DNA of 64,000 nucleotides. Source: Escherichia phage JacquesWildberger_Bas92. The stretch lies in the sequence record PQ850610.1; one strand, given 5' to 3'. Position numbers and translations under genes: made by a program. Of this stretch, positions 20,105 to 30,357 are shown piece after piece. Below the pieces are notes generated by a model. It worked only from the letters and a program-made list of their open reading frames with translations. It had not been told where the DNA came from and did no database searches. The first letter of the stretch is position 1. Each line of letters starts with the position of its first letter.

Positions 20105-23100
20105 ATGGCTAACATTAAACCGTGGGAAGAAGCTTCCAAAGCTCCTGCGTATCTGAATGCCTCTCCAGAGCGTCAAGCTCAAATGAGAGAACAATATAAG
20201 GCAGCAGGTGGCTTTATTCCTGAGGAACAACCAGTAGCACAACCACAACAAGAAGAACGTGGTGTTATAGGTGAGTTTGCTCAAGGTGTGTCAAATGCTC
20301 TTCAGTCCGGCAGTGCTAATATCTCTGCTAACCTTTCTAGAGGTATTGGCGGTTTAGTTGAGATTGGTGAAGACCTAGTTGGAGCACAAACCGGCTATGG
20401 TAAACGTATGCAAGAGAACGCCCAGAATCTTCTTAAAGAACGTATGGATAAGATCGAGGATGGGATTGGTAAGACAGCTGGGCAGTATGCTGGGGTGGTT
20501 GCTGATGTAGGTTTGACGGTTGCTAACCCAGCTTTGGCTGCTGCTGTCATTGCTGGACGTGAAGCAGGTCGTGCTTATGCTGACCAAACCCCAGAAGAGG
20601 GGGAAGACAAGTCAGTGTTAGATGCTGCTCTTGTTGGTGGTGCTAACTTTGTAGCTCAGAAGATTCTTCCGGGTGCCGTTGGTACAGCTGAATCCACACT
20701 TGGTCGTATCGGTCAGAACGTTGCTAGTAACGCAGTGGCTGGTGCTAAGGGTGGTGCTATTGTTGGTGCTGCTGAAGCTCAAAACAAATATGGGGATGAT
20801 AACAATCTAGCTAGGACATTAGAAGGTGTTATCGAAGAAGGGGGCATAGGTGCTGCATTCGGTGGTGCAGTTGGTGGTGTTCATGGTTTGATTAGCCGTC
20901 CGGATTCTGCTGTCTTCAAGAATACTCCAGAATATGCAAAGACTGACATTGCTGCTGACGATGAGCTGATTCGTAGTGCTAAGACTGTTGATGAACTGAA
21001 AGAAGCCTACTCTAAAGCTGAAACTGCTAACGCCGCTTCCGCTCTTAATCTTCTGGATGAGAATGGATTCCGTATTACTGATGCTGTTGCTTTAGATTCT
21101 CCTGCTGCTCAGCGTATTCTTAATACAGACCAAGCCAGTGCTGAGAAAGCTGCTTCTGCTCAGAAAGAGCATTCTAACATTCCGGGCCTCAATCCTTTGG
21201 CTCCTCCTGCTAAGACTCGTGGTAAAGCATTCGCTGATAACGAGCACAACCAGAAGAAAGCTGTCGCTATGAAAGATGCAATGGCTGACTACACCAAGGA
21301 TAACACGAAAGCTCTTACAGATGTTCTAGATAACCTAGACCGTGAATTAACTGCTTACCGAGCTGCTGATGATTTTACTGGCAATCCACTTGATGTCAAG
21401 AATCGCACACAAGCTGACCGTGACTTCGTTGATGCTTATAAGACTTTCTATAATGAAGCAAATCGATTCAAAGCTCGTGATGGTGAAGACTTTAACAACT
21501 TTGTAGAGAAAGCTACTGAGCTACGGAAGATGGCTGATAACGTTTCTCCAGAGATGAAGAAAGCTATTAGTGGGTTGAAGAAACTGAAAGGTATGCCTGA
21601 AGGTTTTAACCCTATTCAAGATGCTTATACTCTGAACAATGCAGCTAAGTTCATGAGCAACCAAGACCGTGGTTGGACTTCCCTGACCGATGATGGATTC
21701 CGTGAGGCTTCTTCTCCTAGTCTGGTTATGAACACACTCGGTGCTGCTAAGTATGCTCTGAATCGCTTCTCTTCTCAGCGTGCTCGCTCTCAACGTGTTA
21801 AGCAACAAGAAGCTAACAGCGAAGCTATCCGCTCTCTGGCTCGTGGTGATTTGGAAGTTGCTCGTGCTAAATCTACTGCTGATGAAGCTCGTGCTAAAAT
21901 GGAAGAAGAACCAGTTGTTGATGACATTAAATTTAAGACGCAAAATGACGTGGAAACCGAACCGGTTCGGGAGCCTTCTTCTAGTACTGTGACGGAAGAA
22001 AATCTTCCTTCTTCCACTCCTCAAGAAGCCCCTCTTACAGCTCGCGATTTAGTTGCTCAAAGACGTGCAGTTAAGCAGGCAGAACAGCGTCGTGCTCAAG
22101 AAGAGGCCGCACAGGCTCCAGAACCCACTGTAGAGGAACCAACAGTCAAAGCCGAGCCATTACCTGCCCGTGCTCCTAAAGCTCCTAAGGAGTCTATACA
22201 GGACGTTAAACCGGCAAGTGGTGTAGAACGTTTAGCTGCCATGTCTAGTGCTGCTCGTCAGGCTACTATAGATCGTGCAGAACGTTTTGCTCGTTCTCTG
22301 TACTCTCAGACTGCTAAGGCTAAGGCCACTGCTGAAAACTTCTTGGCTTACAAGGGAAGTTATAGGGAGTTGATGCGTCGGATTCGTCAGGAAGATAATG
22401 CTATCAACACTGAGCGTCATGAAGAGATGGCTCGTAATCAGCTAGCTTCTCAGCAAGGTATTGCTACTGCTAAGAACAACACTGTACGAACTAACTTTGC
22501 TGAATGGGTTAAGGAACGTGGTCTGCCAGAAGACATTGCTACTAAGGCATTACGTGCTGAAGAGAAGGGTTTAGATGGGAACGTGACTAACTTAGATAGT
22601 CTGAAACGTCGTGCTGAAAGGTTGTATCAGAAGCAGCGTGAGGACGAGTTTGATAGACTGTATCAACAGGCTCTGGAAGAGAATAAAGCTTTTGATAAGA
22701 AGAATGCTCCTAAACTGGCTGACCAGAAGAAAGAGCTTCAATCTGAGATTGACACTTTGATTGATTCAGAACCTTTACGTCCTGCTCAGAAAGATGCTAT
22801 GCGTAAACTAATGAATGACTTTGTAGATGAGAAGTTTAAATCTTCAGAGAAGGCTGGTAGGGAAGAAGCTTTGGAAGTAGGTCAGATGAAGGATATTTGG
22901 GATGGGTTTATTAACACCTATAACAGAGAAGTGAATGCCTTCAACAAAGCTAACAAGAACTCTCAGTATGAGGCTGCTGCTAAACACTTGCAGGCTCGTG
23001 AGGAGCGTCTTATCTCTTTACGTAACAGAGCAGAAGCTCGTGCTCAAGCGAAAGCTACAGCAGAAGCTGAACGTCAGTTACTCGAAGCTATTGCTGGTCA

Positions 23101-24412
23101 GAAGACTGAGATAGAGAAGATGTTTGATGAGTTACCTAAACCTGTCCGCGAGGCTCAGGAAAGCCGTACTCTGAAACAGCTTGCAGCTCACCATGATAAG
23201 AACTCCCCTGTTCCTCCAGAACGTTTCCGTAGTATTATCGAACGTATCCACAACGCCGAGTCAGATTACCTTGATCGTCAGCGTCGTTTAACTGATGCAG
23301 AAGAAGATGCTCGTCAGGCTAAGTGGAACAAAATGTATGAGCAAGCGGAAGAGATGGACCGTAAGTTTGAGATAGACAAAAGGGTTAAGCGCAGTGAAGA
23401 GCTTAAAGCGGCTCAGAAGCGTGAGAATGACCTTATGGCGGTACAACGTCAACGTGACGACATCCATCGTCGCCTGATGCATACTTTGGAGGATAGGGGA
23501 ATATCTAAAGAGGATGCTGAAGCATTTGCTGGTTCCTACATGGATAACCGTTATGCACTTCTTGATAAGCCTATGACTCCTACTGAACATCAGAATGCTC
23601 GTTCTCGTATTGAGGCTGATGTTGAGAAGTTTGCTAAGAAGTACGAATCAATGACTCCTATTGAGAAAGAGATTGTTAAGGTTACTGGAGATACTGAAGG
23701 TAAGCTTGATAACTTGGATGCGGATACTAGGAAGGCTATTGAGGAGGCTCAGAAGGTAGACTCTGATATTAAGAAACTGCAAGAGGAAGAGATGGAGATG
23801 GAGAAGATTCGTTCTGCTCTGCCTGATGATGAAAGATCTCAAGCAAATTCTGATATCTTGGAAAGCATTAAACAGCAGGAAGAAGCCTTTGCTGATAAAG
23901 CAGAGAAAGCTTTCTTGAATGGGAAGAGCTTGGATGAGTTGGCTAGTGTGGCTGAAGTTTTAGACAGGGTTCATGGTGCAGACAAGGCTGGTAACAACCG
24001 TCGCTTTGTACGTGCATTGCAGACTGCTGCTGAAAACAAGAAGAAGTATGGTGATAATCCGGTAGCTTGGTTTAGTGCTGATGATTATTCTGCTATTGCT
24101 AAACTTGGTGCTTCTTCCGCAGGTGGTAACAAATCTAGAGCACTGGAGAAAATCTTTGGTTCTACAGCTGAACAGGCTAAGAGTAAGTTGCTTGGCAGGG
24201 ATGATGTAGCGAAGATGAGACGTGTAATTGAAGAGAACCCTGATATTAAGATTCCTTCTTACAAGACAACGAATCGTACTGAGTACTTGCAGTTCTTGGA
24301 GAAGTTTAATGACGAAGGGAAGCCGAAGATTAAACGTGGCTCATTGTCAGAGAAGCTTGAACGCAGTAAGCGTCAATCGAGACTCCGTGTAAGAGTTCGA
24401 TCTAAGGAGTGA
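20105..24412 (+). CDS. large internal virion or ejection protein (1435 aa, coiled-coil rich)
   Basis: Long ORF; start moved to ATG at 20105 (MANIKPWEE) preceded by aaaaggaga; extensive charged helical segments. Confidence 0.6.
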   Translation: MANIKPWEEASKAPAYLNASPERQAQMREQYKAAGGFIPEEQPVAQPQQEERGVIGEFAQGVSNALQSGSANISANLSRGIGGLVEIGEDLVGAQTGYGKRMQENAQNLLKERMDKIEDGIGKTAGQYAGVVADVGLTVANPALAAAVIAGREAGRAYADQTPEEGEDKSVLDAALVGGANFVAQKILPGAVGTAESTLGRIGQNVASNAVAGAKGGAIVGAAEAQNKYGDDNNLARTLEGVIEEGGIGAAFGGAVGGVHGLISRPDSAVFKNTPEYAKTDIAADDELIRSAKTVDELKEAYSKAETANAASALNLLDENGFRITDAVALDSPAAQRILNTDQASAEKAASAQKEHSNIPGLNPLAPPAKTRGKAFADNEHNQKKAVAMKDAMADYTKDNTKALTDVLDNLDRELTAYRAADDFTGNPLDVKNRTQADRDFVDAYKTFYNEANRFKARDGEDFNNFVEKATELRKMADNVSPEMKKAISGLKKLKGMPEGFNPIQDAYTLNNAAKFMSNQDRGWTSLTDDGFREASSPSLVMNTLGAAKYALNRFSSQRARSQRVKQQEANSEAIRSLARGDLEVARAKSTADEARAKMEEEPVVDDIKFKTQNDVETEPVREPSSSTVTEENLPSSTPQEAPLTARDLVAQRRAVKQAEQRRAQEEAAQAPEPTVEEPTVKAEPLPARAPKAPKESIQDVKPASGVERLAAMSSAARQATIDRAERFARSLYSQTAKAKATAENFLAYKGSYRELMRRIRQEDNAINTERHEEMARNQLASQQGIATAKNNTVRTNFAEWVKERGLPEDIATKALRAEEKGLDGNVTNLDSLKRRAERLYQKQREDEFDRLYQQALEENKAFDKKNAPKLADQKKELQSEIDTLIDSEPLRPAQKDAMRKLMNDFVDEKFKSSEKAGREEALEVGQMKDIWDGFINTYNREVNAFNKANKNSQYEAAAKHLQAREERLISLRNRAEARAQAKATAEAERQLLEAIAGQKTEIEKMFDELPKPVREAQESRTLKQLAAHHDKNSPVPPERFRSIIERIHNAESDYLDRQRRLTDAEEDARQAKWNKMYEQAEEMDRKFEIDKRVKRSEELKAAQKRENDLMAVQRQRDDIHRRLMHTLEDRGISKEDAEAFAGSYMDNRYALLDKPMTPTEHQNARSRIEADVEKFAKKYESMTPIEKEIVKVTGDTEGKLDNLDADTRKAIEEAQKVDSDIKKLQEEEMEMEKIRSALPDDERSQANSDILESIKQQEEAFADKAEKAFLNGKSLDELASVAEVLDRVHGADKAGNNRRFVRALQTAAENKKKYGDNPVAWFSADDYSAIAKLGASSAGGNKSRALEKIFGSTAEQAKSKLLGRDDVAKMRRVIEENPDIKIPSYKTTNRTEYLQFLEKFNDEGKPKIKRGSLSEKLERSKRQSRLRVRVRSKE

Positions 24413-24421
24413 TAAAAGAAA

Positions 24422-24456
24422 AGCCCTCAACCGAAAGGAAGAGGGCTTTATTGTTT
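24422..24456. terminator. bidirectional terminator at the strand switch
   Basis: Hairpin agccctc...gagggct flanked by A-rich and T-rich runs, between convergent gene blocks. Confidence 0.55.
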
Positions 24457-24458
24457 CT

Positions 24459-24617
24459 AGAGGTTATTGATGAAATTAATCAGACGTTCTTCACTATCAT
24501 CAAAAGCTTTTCCAGCTGCTTCCATGTCCCAAGTATTGGCATTGTCAATAAAGCTCTGAGCTTCTAATAGATCGTGGATTAAGTCGAAGAGTTTATTTTT
24601 ATCTGATTGTGTGATCA
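24459..24617 (-). CDS. small hypothetical protein (52 aa)
   Basis: My own translation of the minus strand; below the track length cutoff. Confidence 0.3.
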
Positions 24618-24626
24618 TGTAAGTTC

Positions 24627-24854
24627 CTAGATTAAATCGTAATATTGAATAATGTCAGAGAGTTTGAACTCTCGAATCTCGTCTTTCTCTACATCTATCG
24701 CTGTCATAATCCAACAAGGTTTGCCACAGTTATGAAAACGGGAGCTAGCAACGGAGGTTCGGAGTGGAATAACGGACCGGTCAGCAACCTCGCCTCTCCA
24801 ATTGCGATAGCGAAAGCGAAGCACTTGTTGCGTAGATTTTTGATCATCACTCAT
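24627..24854 (-). CDS. small hypothetical protein
   Basis: Track ORF 24627..24995 overlaps the HNH gene; an internal ATG near 24854 with aagga just upstream is the likelier start. Confidence 0.3.
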   Translation of the reverse strand: MSDDQKSTQQVLRFRYRNWRGEVADRSVIPLRTSVASSRFHNCGKPCWIMTAIDVEKDEIREFKLSDIIQYYDLI

Positions 24855-25248
24855 TTCCTTTTTTGAATTGTTTTCTTGCATCATTCTCTTCTTTTGTTTT
24901 AATCTTATGACAAGGATCTTTACACAGAACCTGAAAACCTTCTTTCTCACACAGAGCACGAGAGATGATTTCATCCCAAGTAGCTTCATGGTCAAGAGGT
25001 ACTATAGGCTCTATGTGGTCAATAGCCATATCCTTTACAGGGTGGTCAGAACCACACATGGCACACCTAAAGTGCATTGCCAGTCTACCTGTCTTTGGAT
25101 TAATCTTCTGCTCTGTCTTGGCTTCTGCTAGTGCATCGAACATGGGCTTCCACTTTCTAGTCAGAGAACGAATCCCTGACTTAATGAAAGAGTTGTAACG
25201 AGCTTCAGTCCAAGTTCCACTACAGCGTGTCTTCTCAGACTTCGCCAT
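24847..25248 (-). CDS. HNH endonuclease
   Basis: 133 aa; Cys pairs and His motif (CAMCGSDHPVKDMAIDHIEP...CKDPCHKIK). Confidence 0.7.
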   Translation of the reverse strand: MAKSEKTRCSGTWTEARYNSFIKSGIRSLTRKWKPMFDALAEAKTEQKINPKTGRLAMHFRCAMCGSDHPVKDMAIDHIEPIVPLDHEATWDEIISRALCEKEGFQVLCKDPCHKIKTKEENDARKQFKKGNE

Positions 25249-25414
25249 AATCAGCTTCTTCCCAAACTCGTTTGTTTACACGATGACTCACTTTGCCCTC
25301 ACGAGGAATACGACCTGTCCGCTGATCAAACAGTTGATGTTTAATCTTTTGATCTTTACGAGATTCACGATTGGAGGAGTTTTCATCATATGAACGATAA
25401 TCAAATTTACCCAT
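25236..25414 (-). CDS. small hypothetical protein (59 aa)
   Basis: My own translation; AAGGA 8 nt upstream of ATG. Confidence 0.3.
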
Positions 25415-25427
25415 TATAATATCCTTA

Positions 25428-26246
25428 TTACCAAGATTTATCTAACCATGTCCAGTCGAACAGGTCTTCCGGAGCCTGACCAACAAAGAGAAGCCGAGCA
25501 TTCTCAAGCATTTTCTCTTCATCTTCAGTATCGAACTTCTTATAATATTCCATTCGTACTATATGATACATGGTCCACTTATCTGTAACCCCAGCCAACA
25601 ACTTAGCTGCTGCTTTCTTCCCTATCCCTTGACGTCGAAGCTGGAGCTTACCGCCCCACATCACTTCTTTACGTTCACCACATCCGGGAATATTATCTGT
25701 TCCATCTCCAATCAGCATCTGATAGAAGAAATTTTGCCATGAAACTAAATCAGATACGTAGTGAGGAGGAACCTCTTTTTGTCTTTCTCCACAAGCCCAA
25801 CGGTAATGCCATCCGGGAGTTATTAACAAATCTTTGTCTCTAGTACAGATGATAGTGTTCTTATCTCTACGTTGCCTTTCAGCTAGTGCATCATCAGCCT
25901 CTCTCCCAAATACATCTATGTATTCATACTTACCTTTAATATAATCACCGACATTTTGCCAGTGAAAAGGTCTTTCTCCGGGAGGTCTGTTTGCTTTGTA
26001 GTCTTGCTGCTTAGCAACATCGAAACGGAAGTTACCGCCTTCGCTGAAGTAGAACACAACCTTGCTGCAACCTGAGCGAGCAATGATAGTATCTATCTTG
26101 TACTGAAGTCGTTCAATCATGAAATTATAATCAACTGGAACACGTCCTGTGTCAAGAAAGGGATGCTCCTGAGTAAGAGCACCCACTTCATATCGAAGAA
26201 CGTCAGCATCCACTATAGCTATTTCAGGGAGCTTAACGTCTTCCAT
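25428..26246 (-). CDS. 5'-3' exonuclease (T7 gene 6-like, FEN family)
   Basis: 272 aa; pattern ...YKANR...DDA...TRDKDL...GDGTDNIPG resembles T7 gp6. Confidence 0.7.
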   Translation of the reverse strand: MEDVKLPEIAIVDADVLRYEVGALTQEHPFLDTGRVPVDYNFMIERLQYKIDTIIARSGCSKVVFYFSEGGNFRFDVAKQQDYKANRPPGERPFHWQNVGDYIKGKYEYIDVFGREADDALAERQRRDKNTIICTRDKDLLITPGWHYRWACGERQKEVPPHYVSDLVSWQNFFYQMLIGDGTDNIPGCGERKEVMWGGKLQLRRQGIGKKAAAKLLAGVTDKWTMYHIVRMEYYKKFDTEDEEKMLENARLLFVGQAPEDLFDWTWLDKSW

Positions 26247-26247
26247 A

Positions 26248-27421
<1,174 letters not shown>

Positions 27422-27664
27422 GCATCTCTTTATAAATAGTTTCCGTGTTCTTCTTCCAGTTAGATAAACCGGTAAGAACCCTCTGAGCAACTTCATCAGC
27501 TGCCTTACTTCTTTCAATCTCTAACTCTTGTTGATGCTTTTCTTTATCCAGATTGTTACTATCTGTTCTGTACTCATTAAACTTCATTCCGCCAAAGAAC
27601 ACCAGAGCAGAGAAGATAACAAATCCTAGATTATCACTTAAAGTGCTTTGCATATTGACCCCAA

Positions 27665-27690
27665 CGAAAAAAGCCACCCGAAGGTGGCTA
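27665..27690 (-). terminator. rho-independent terminator (minus strand)
   Basis: Minus-strand hairpin agccacc-ttcg-ggtggct followed by TTTTTT. Confidence 0.55.
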
Positions 27691-27710
27691 AGCTATAACA
27701 AGGAGAGTTA

Positions 27711-28457
27711 TTAGAATGGGCTGTCGTTGTCGTCTTCGTAGGTAGAAGCAGGCTCTTTATCAATCGTAGGGATTGAAGGGGTAGCTTCTTTCTGTTCTGT
27801 TTCAGAAGCACGAGTAATTTCACGACCAGCCAGAGGAATGTTCTTAGCGTCATTAGCTTGAGTAAGCAGGTTGCGCTGGAACGGGAACATCAGTTGATAA
27901 GATGCTACGTTCTCATCGGTTTCCGCATACGGTTCGAAGAATACCAGAGGACTACGAGCTTCACCAACTGCTGCACGATATTTGGTTGGGATTGGAGAAA
28001 TGGTTTTGATGGAGTTTTTAACTTCACCAGCTTTGTTAGTGTAGGAGTTAACCAGAATGTTAACAGGCTGACCTAACAGCACATCCTTAAACCAAGACAG
28101 ATCACCTTTCAGTGCTTGAATGCTTGGGTCAATCATCTTGCAAAGATCAAGGATACCAGAGTTCTTAGCTCGTGGGTTTACATCATAACTCTTGAACTGG
28201 CAAGCAGGACGTGGTTCTAATGCCTTACCATCGGAATCTTTACCCGTAGCATCAACACCAATCAGCTCGAAAGCCAAATCCATACGGAAAGCTGGATTCT
28301 TAGGAGTTACTGCTTTGGTCTTCGGGTCAATCCAAGGGTCACGATTGTGAACACCCAAACCTACTACACGAACAATACGTGCTTCGTATTCACCATCAGG
28401 GATTACATCGTAGTTGGATTTACGAGAAGAAGTTGCGATAGTTGGAATCATAGACAT
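27711..28457 (-). CDS. ssDNA-binding protein (T7 gp2.5-like)
   Basis: 248 aa; acidic C-terminal tail ending in Phe (YEDDNDSPF). Confidence 0.55.
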   Translation of the reverse strand: MSMIPTIATSSRKSNYDVIPDGEYEARIVRVVGLGVHNRDPWIDPKTKAVTPKNPAFRMDLAFELIGVDATGKDSDGKALEPRPACQFKSYDVNPRAKNSGILDLCKMIDPSIQALKGDLSWFKDVLLGQPVNILVNSYTNKAGEVKNSIKTISPIPTKYRAAVGEARSPLVFFEPYAETDENVASYQLMFPFQRNLLTQANDAKNIPLAGREITRASETEQKEATPSIPTIDKEPASTYEDDNDSPF

Positions 28458-28516
28458 ATTTTAATTTCCTTATTTAATTTGAAAGATTGTTGCTCTCTTT
28501 GAGCGGTTATGTATAG

Positions 28517-28525
28517 TATACATTA
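28517..28525 (-). promoter_or_regulatory. TAATGTATA motif, minus strand
   Basis: Plus-strand tatacatta; about 60 nt upstream of the SSB start. Confidence 0.4.
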
Positions 28526-28588
28526 CGCTTATACCGATAAGAGTACTATATAATATAAGTATCTTTGGTAGTAGATATAACACACTAG

Positions 28589-28597
28589 TAATGTATA
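28589..28597 (+). promoter_or_regulatory. TAATGTATA motif, plus strand, no obvious plus-strand gene downstream
   Basis: Exact 9-mer in a 420 bp intergenic region. Confidence 0.3.
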
Positions 28598-28693
28598 TAT
28601 TGTATAGCTGATAAAGTTATTGCAGGCTTGTATATTGGGCAATTCATAGAATCCCTTGCAAGTACCGAAGGGCAGGAGCCACCTGCGAGATAA

Positions 28694-28759
28694 AAATAGA
28701 GAATTAAGGAATCCTTGATTTAGGTTGTAGGGACTCCTAGGGACTTTGATTCTCTATTT
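28694..28759. repeat. 11 bp inverted repeat (aaatagagaat / attctctattt) flanking a tagggact direct repeat
   Basis: Read directly from the sequence. Confidence 0.7.
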
Positions 28760-28878
28760 AAAAGAATAAATAATTACTATATCTAATACTAAACAGACTG
28801 AAACAAAGATAAGAAACTTCTTATAAATACTCATTACTTATCATCTAAATAGTTAACTAATCTCTGATATAAAGAAGT

Positions 28879-29067
28879 TTAAATCAAGCATCCATCACAA
28901 ACATAGTCTCCACTAAGAGACTCTTGTAACAAACGATTTTGTTCCTCTGAATATAGAGAATTTACTAATTCTTTTAACTCTGAAAGAGTGATGAAATCAA
29001 TAGTATTTCCATTATCTAAAATAGAAGAGTTAAGTAAATATTCATTGTCTTTAATTTTATTAATCAT
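28879..29067 (-). CDS. hypothetical protein
   Basis: 62 aa ORF; start overlaps upstream small ORF stop (ATGA). Confidence 0.4.
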   Translation of the reverse strand: MINKIKDNEYLLNSSILDNGNTIDFITLSELKELVNSLYSEEQNRLLQESLSGDYVCDGCLI

Positions 29068-29364
29068 TCTTCATTTCCTTTTACTTCAGCGTAGACTTTG
29101 ATAATGCCCTTAAGAACTTCCTTAGAAGCAATAGCACTTTCTTCAGAGGTGTGAATAGTAGAAAACTCTTTCTTTCCAATCTTGTAAGTGTGAACCCAAA
29201 TCATACTTATTCCTCGTATTCCCAATTTCTTTCATAATATCCAGAGTTATAATTTAGAGCGCATCTCTCAGCCTCTTCTATGTCATCAGTGTTTAGGATA
29301 TTTACCCACCCACCAACTTCATCAAAACCTTCTTCCTCTTCGTTAAACCATACACTATACTTTT

Positions 29365-29757
29365 TCATCGAATCACCAAAGGCTCTTCAGAGTACACAGG
29401 AGCGGCTATTTCTACAGGAGGTGCTGCCCTAAGGTCATTAAGTCTTACTCCCTTCAGCATCCCATCTAGGTGGTCCTTTTTGGGTATTCCAACAGGGAAG
29501 TCGTCAATCCAGATATCTACAAAGAAACCTAACTGGCGACATACGTCATCTTTCTGAACACCATTGCAAAAGATGATAGGAATCTGCAAACGCTCTGCAT
29601 CAATCTTAATGTCATGATTATCATACCCATTAGGCTCTGCAAAGCGATAAGTTACAAAACGTACATCATAACCTTTGGCTTGCATTAATGCCACCACAGA
29701 TCGCCACAGCTCTTTATCTGAGGTGTAAGTATCATCGTAATCTAAACCAATATTCAT
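29365..29757 (-). CDS. HAD-superfamily phosphatase-like protein
   Basis: 130 aa; N-terminal DxDxT motif (GLDYDDTYT) and later K and DD motifs (VDIWIDD). Confidence 0.45.
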   Translation of the reverse strand: MNIGLDYDDTYTSDKELWRSVVALMQAKGYDVRFVTYRFAEPNGYDNHDIKIDAERLQIPIIFCNGVQKDDVCRQLGFFVDIWIDDFPVGIPKKDHLDGMLKGVRLNDLRAAPPVEIAAPVYSEEPLVIR

Positions 29758-29774
29758 GTTGAATCCTTTTAGAC

Positions 29775-29800
29775 AAGAAAAGCCGCCCTAAGGCAGCTTC
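29775..29800 (-). terminator. possible terminator (minus strand)
   Basis: Minus-strand hairpin gctgcc-ttag-ggcggc followed by ttttcttg. Confidence 0.4.
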
Positions 29801-29805
29801 TTATT

Positions 29806-29980
29806 TAACTATTCACTTTAGCTTCAAGTGTTTCATTTTCAATACTCAAGTCAATCACTACGCCAGTAAGCTCAACGACTGCTTGGCGAAGGGCGTCTTT
29901 ACCCATAGAATGTACTTGAGATAAGAAGAAAGCTTTACCTTCTTCCGTGGATAGGGTTTCTTTTAATTCAGAAGCAGTCA
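29806..29980 (-). CDS. small hypothetical protein (57 aa)
   Basis: My own translation; AAGGA upstream of ATG. Confidence 0.3.
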
Positions 29981-29995
29981 TTGATATTCCTTATT

Positions 29996-30187
29996 TTACA
30001 TTGTATAAATTCGCATGATTGTACCACCATCAGCTTCAATAGCAGAAACAACTTCATCTCGTTCTTCATCCGTGTACACTAGTACGCTTTTAAACGAGCC
30101 AGTCACATCTGTGTACAAAATGTTGTACTTGGGAGGTGGTTTACGGTAAATACCTTCCATCATTCTTTCTCCTCTCGTTCTTTCCAC
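29996..30187 (-). CDS. hypothetical protein
   Basis: 63 aa track ORF. Confidence 0.4.
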   Translation of the reverse strand: MERTRGERMMEGIYRKPPPKYNILYTDVTGSFKSVLVYTDEERDEVVSAIEADGGTIMRIYTM

Positions 30188-30357
30188 AGTTCAGCAAGCT
30201 CTAGGTAGAACTCAGCTTCATCAGGACGTCCTTGTTCATTACAGATGGCGCTTTGACGATAACACCAATCTGATGGCATCTCTTCCACTTCAATCTCCTT
30301 ATTATGAACTAATCAATAAGACTAGTTCATTTGTATTTCAATCTTTCAGTTCTGAAT

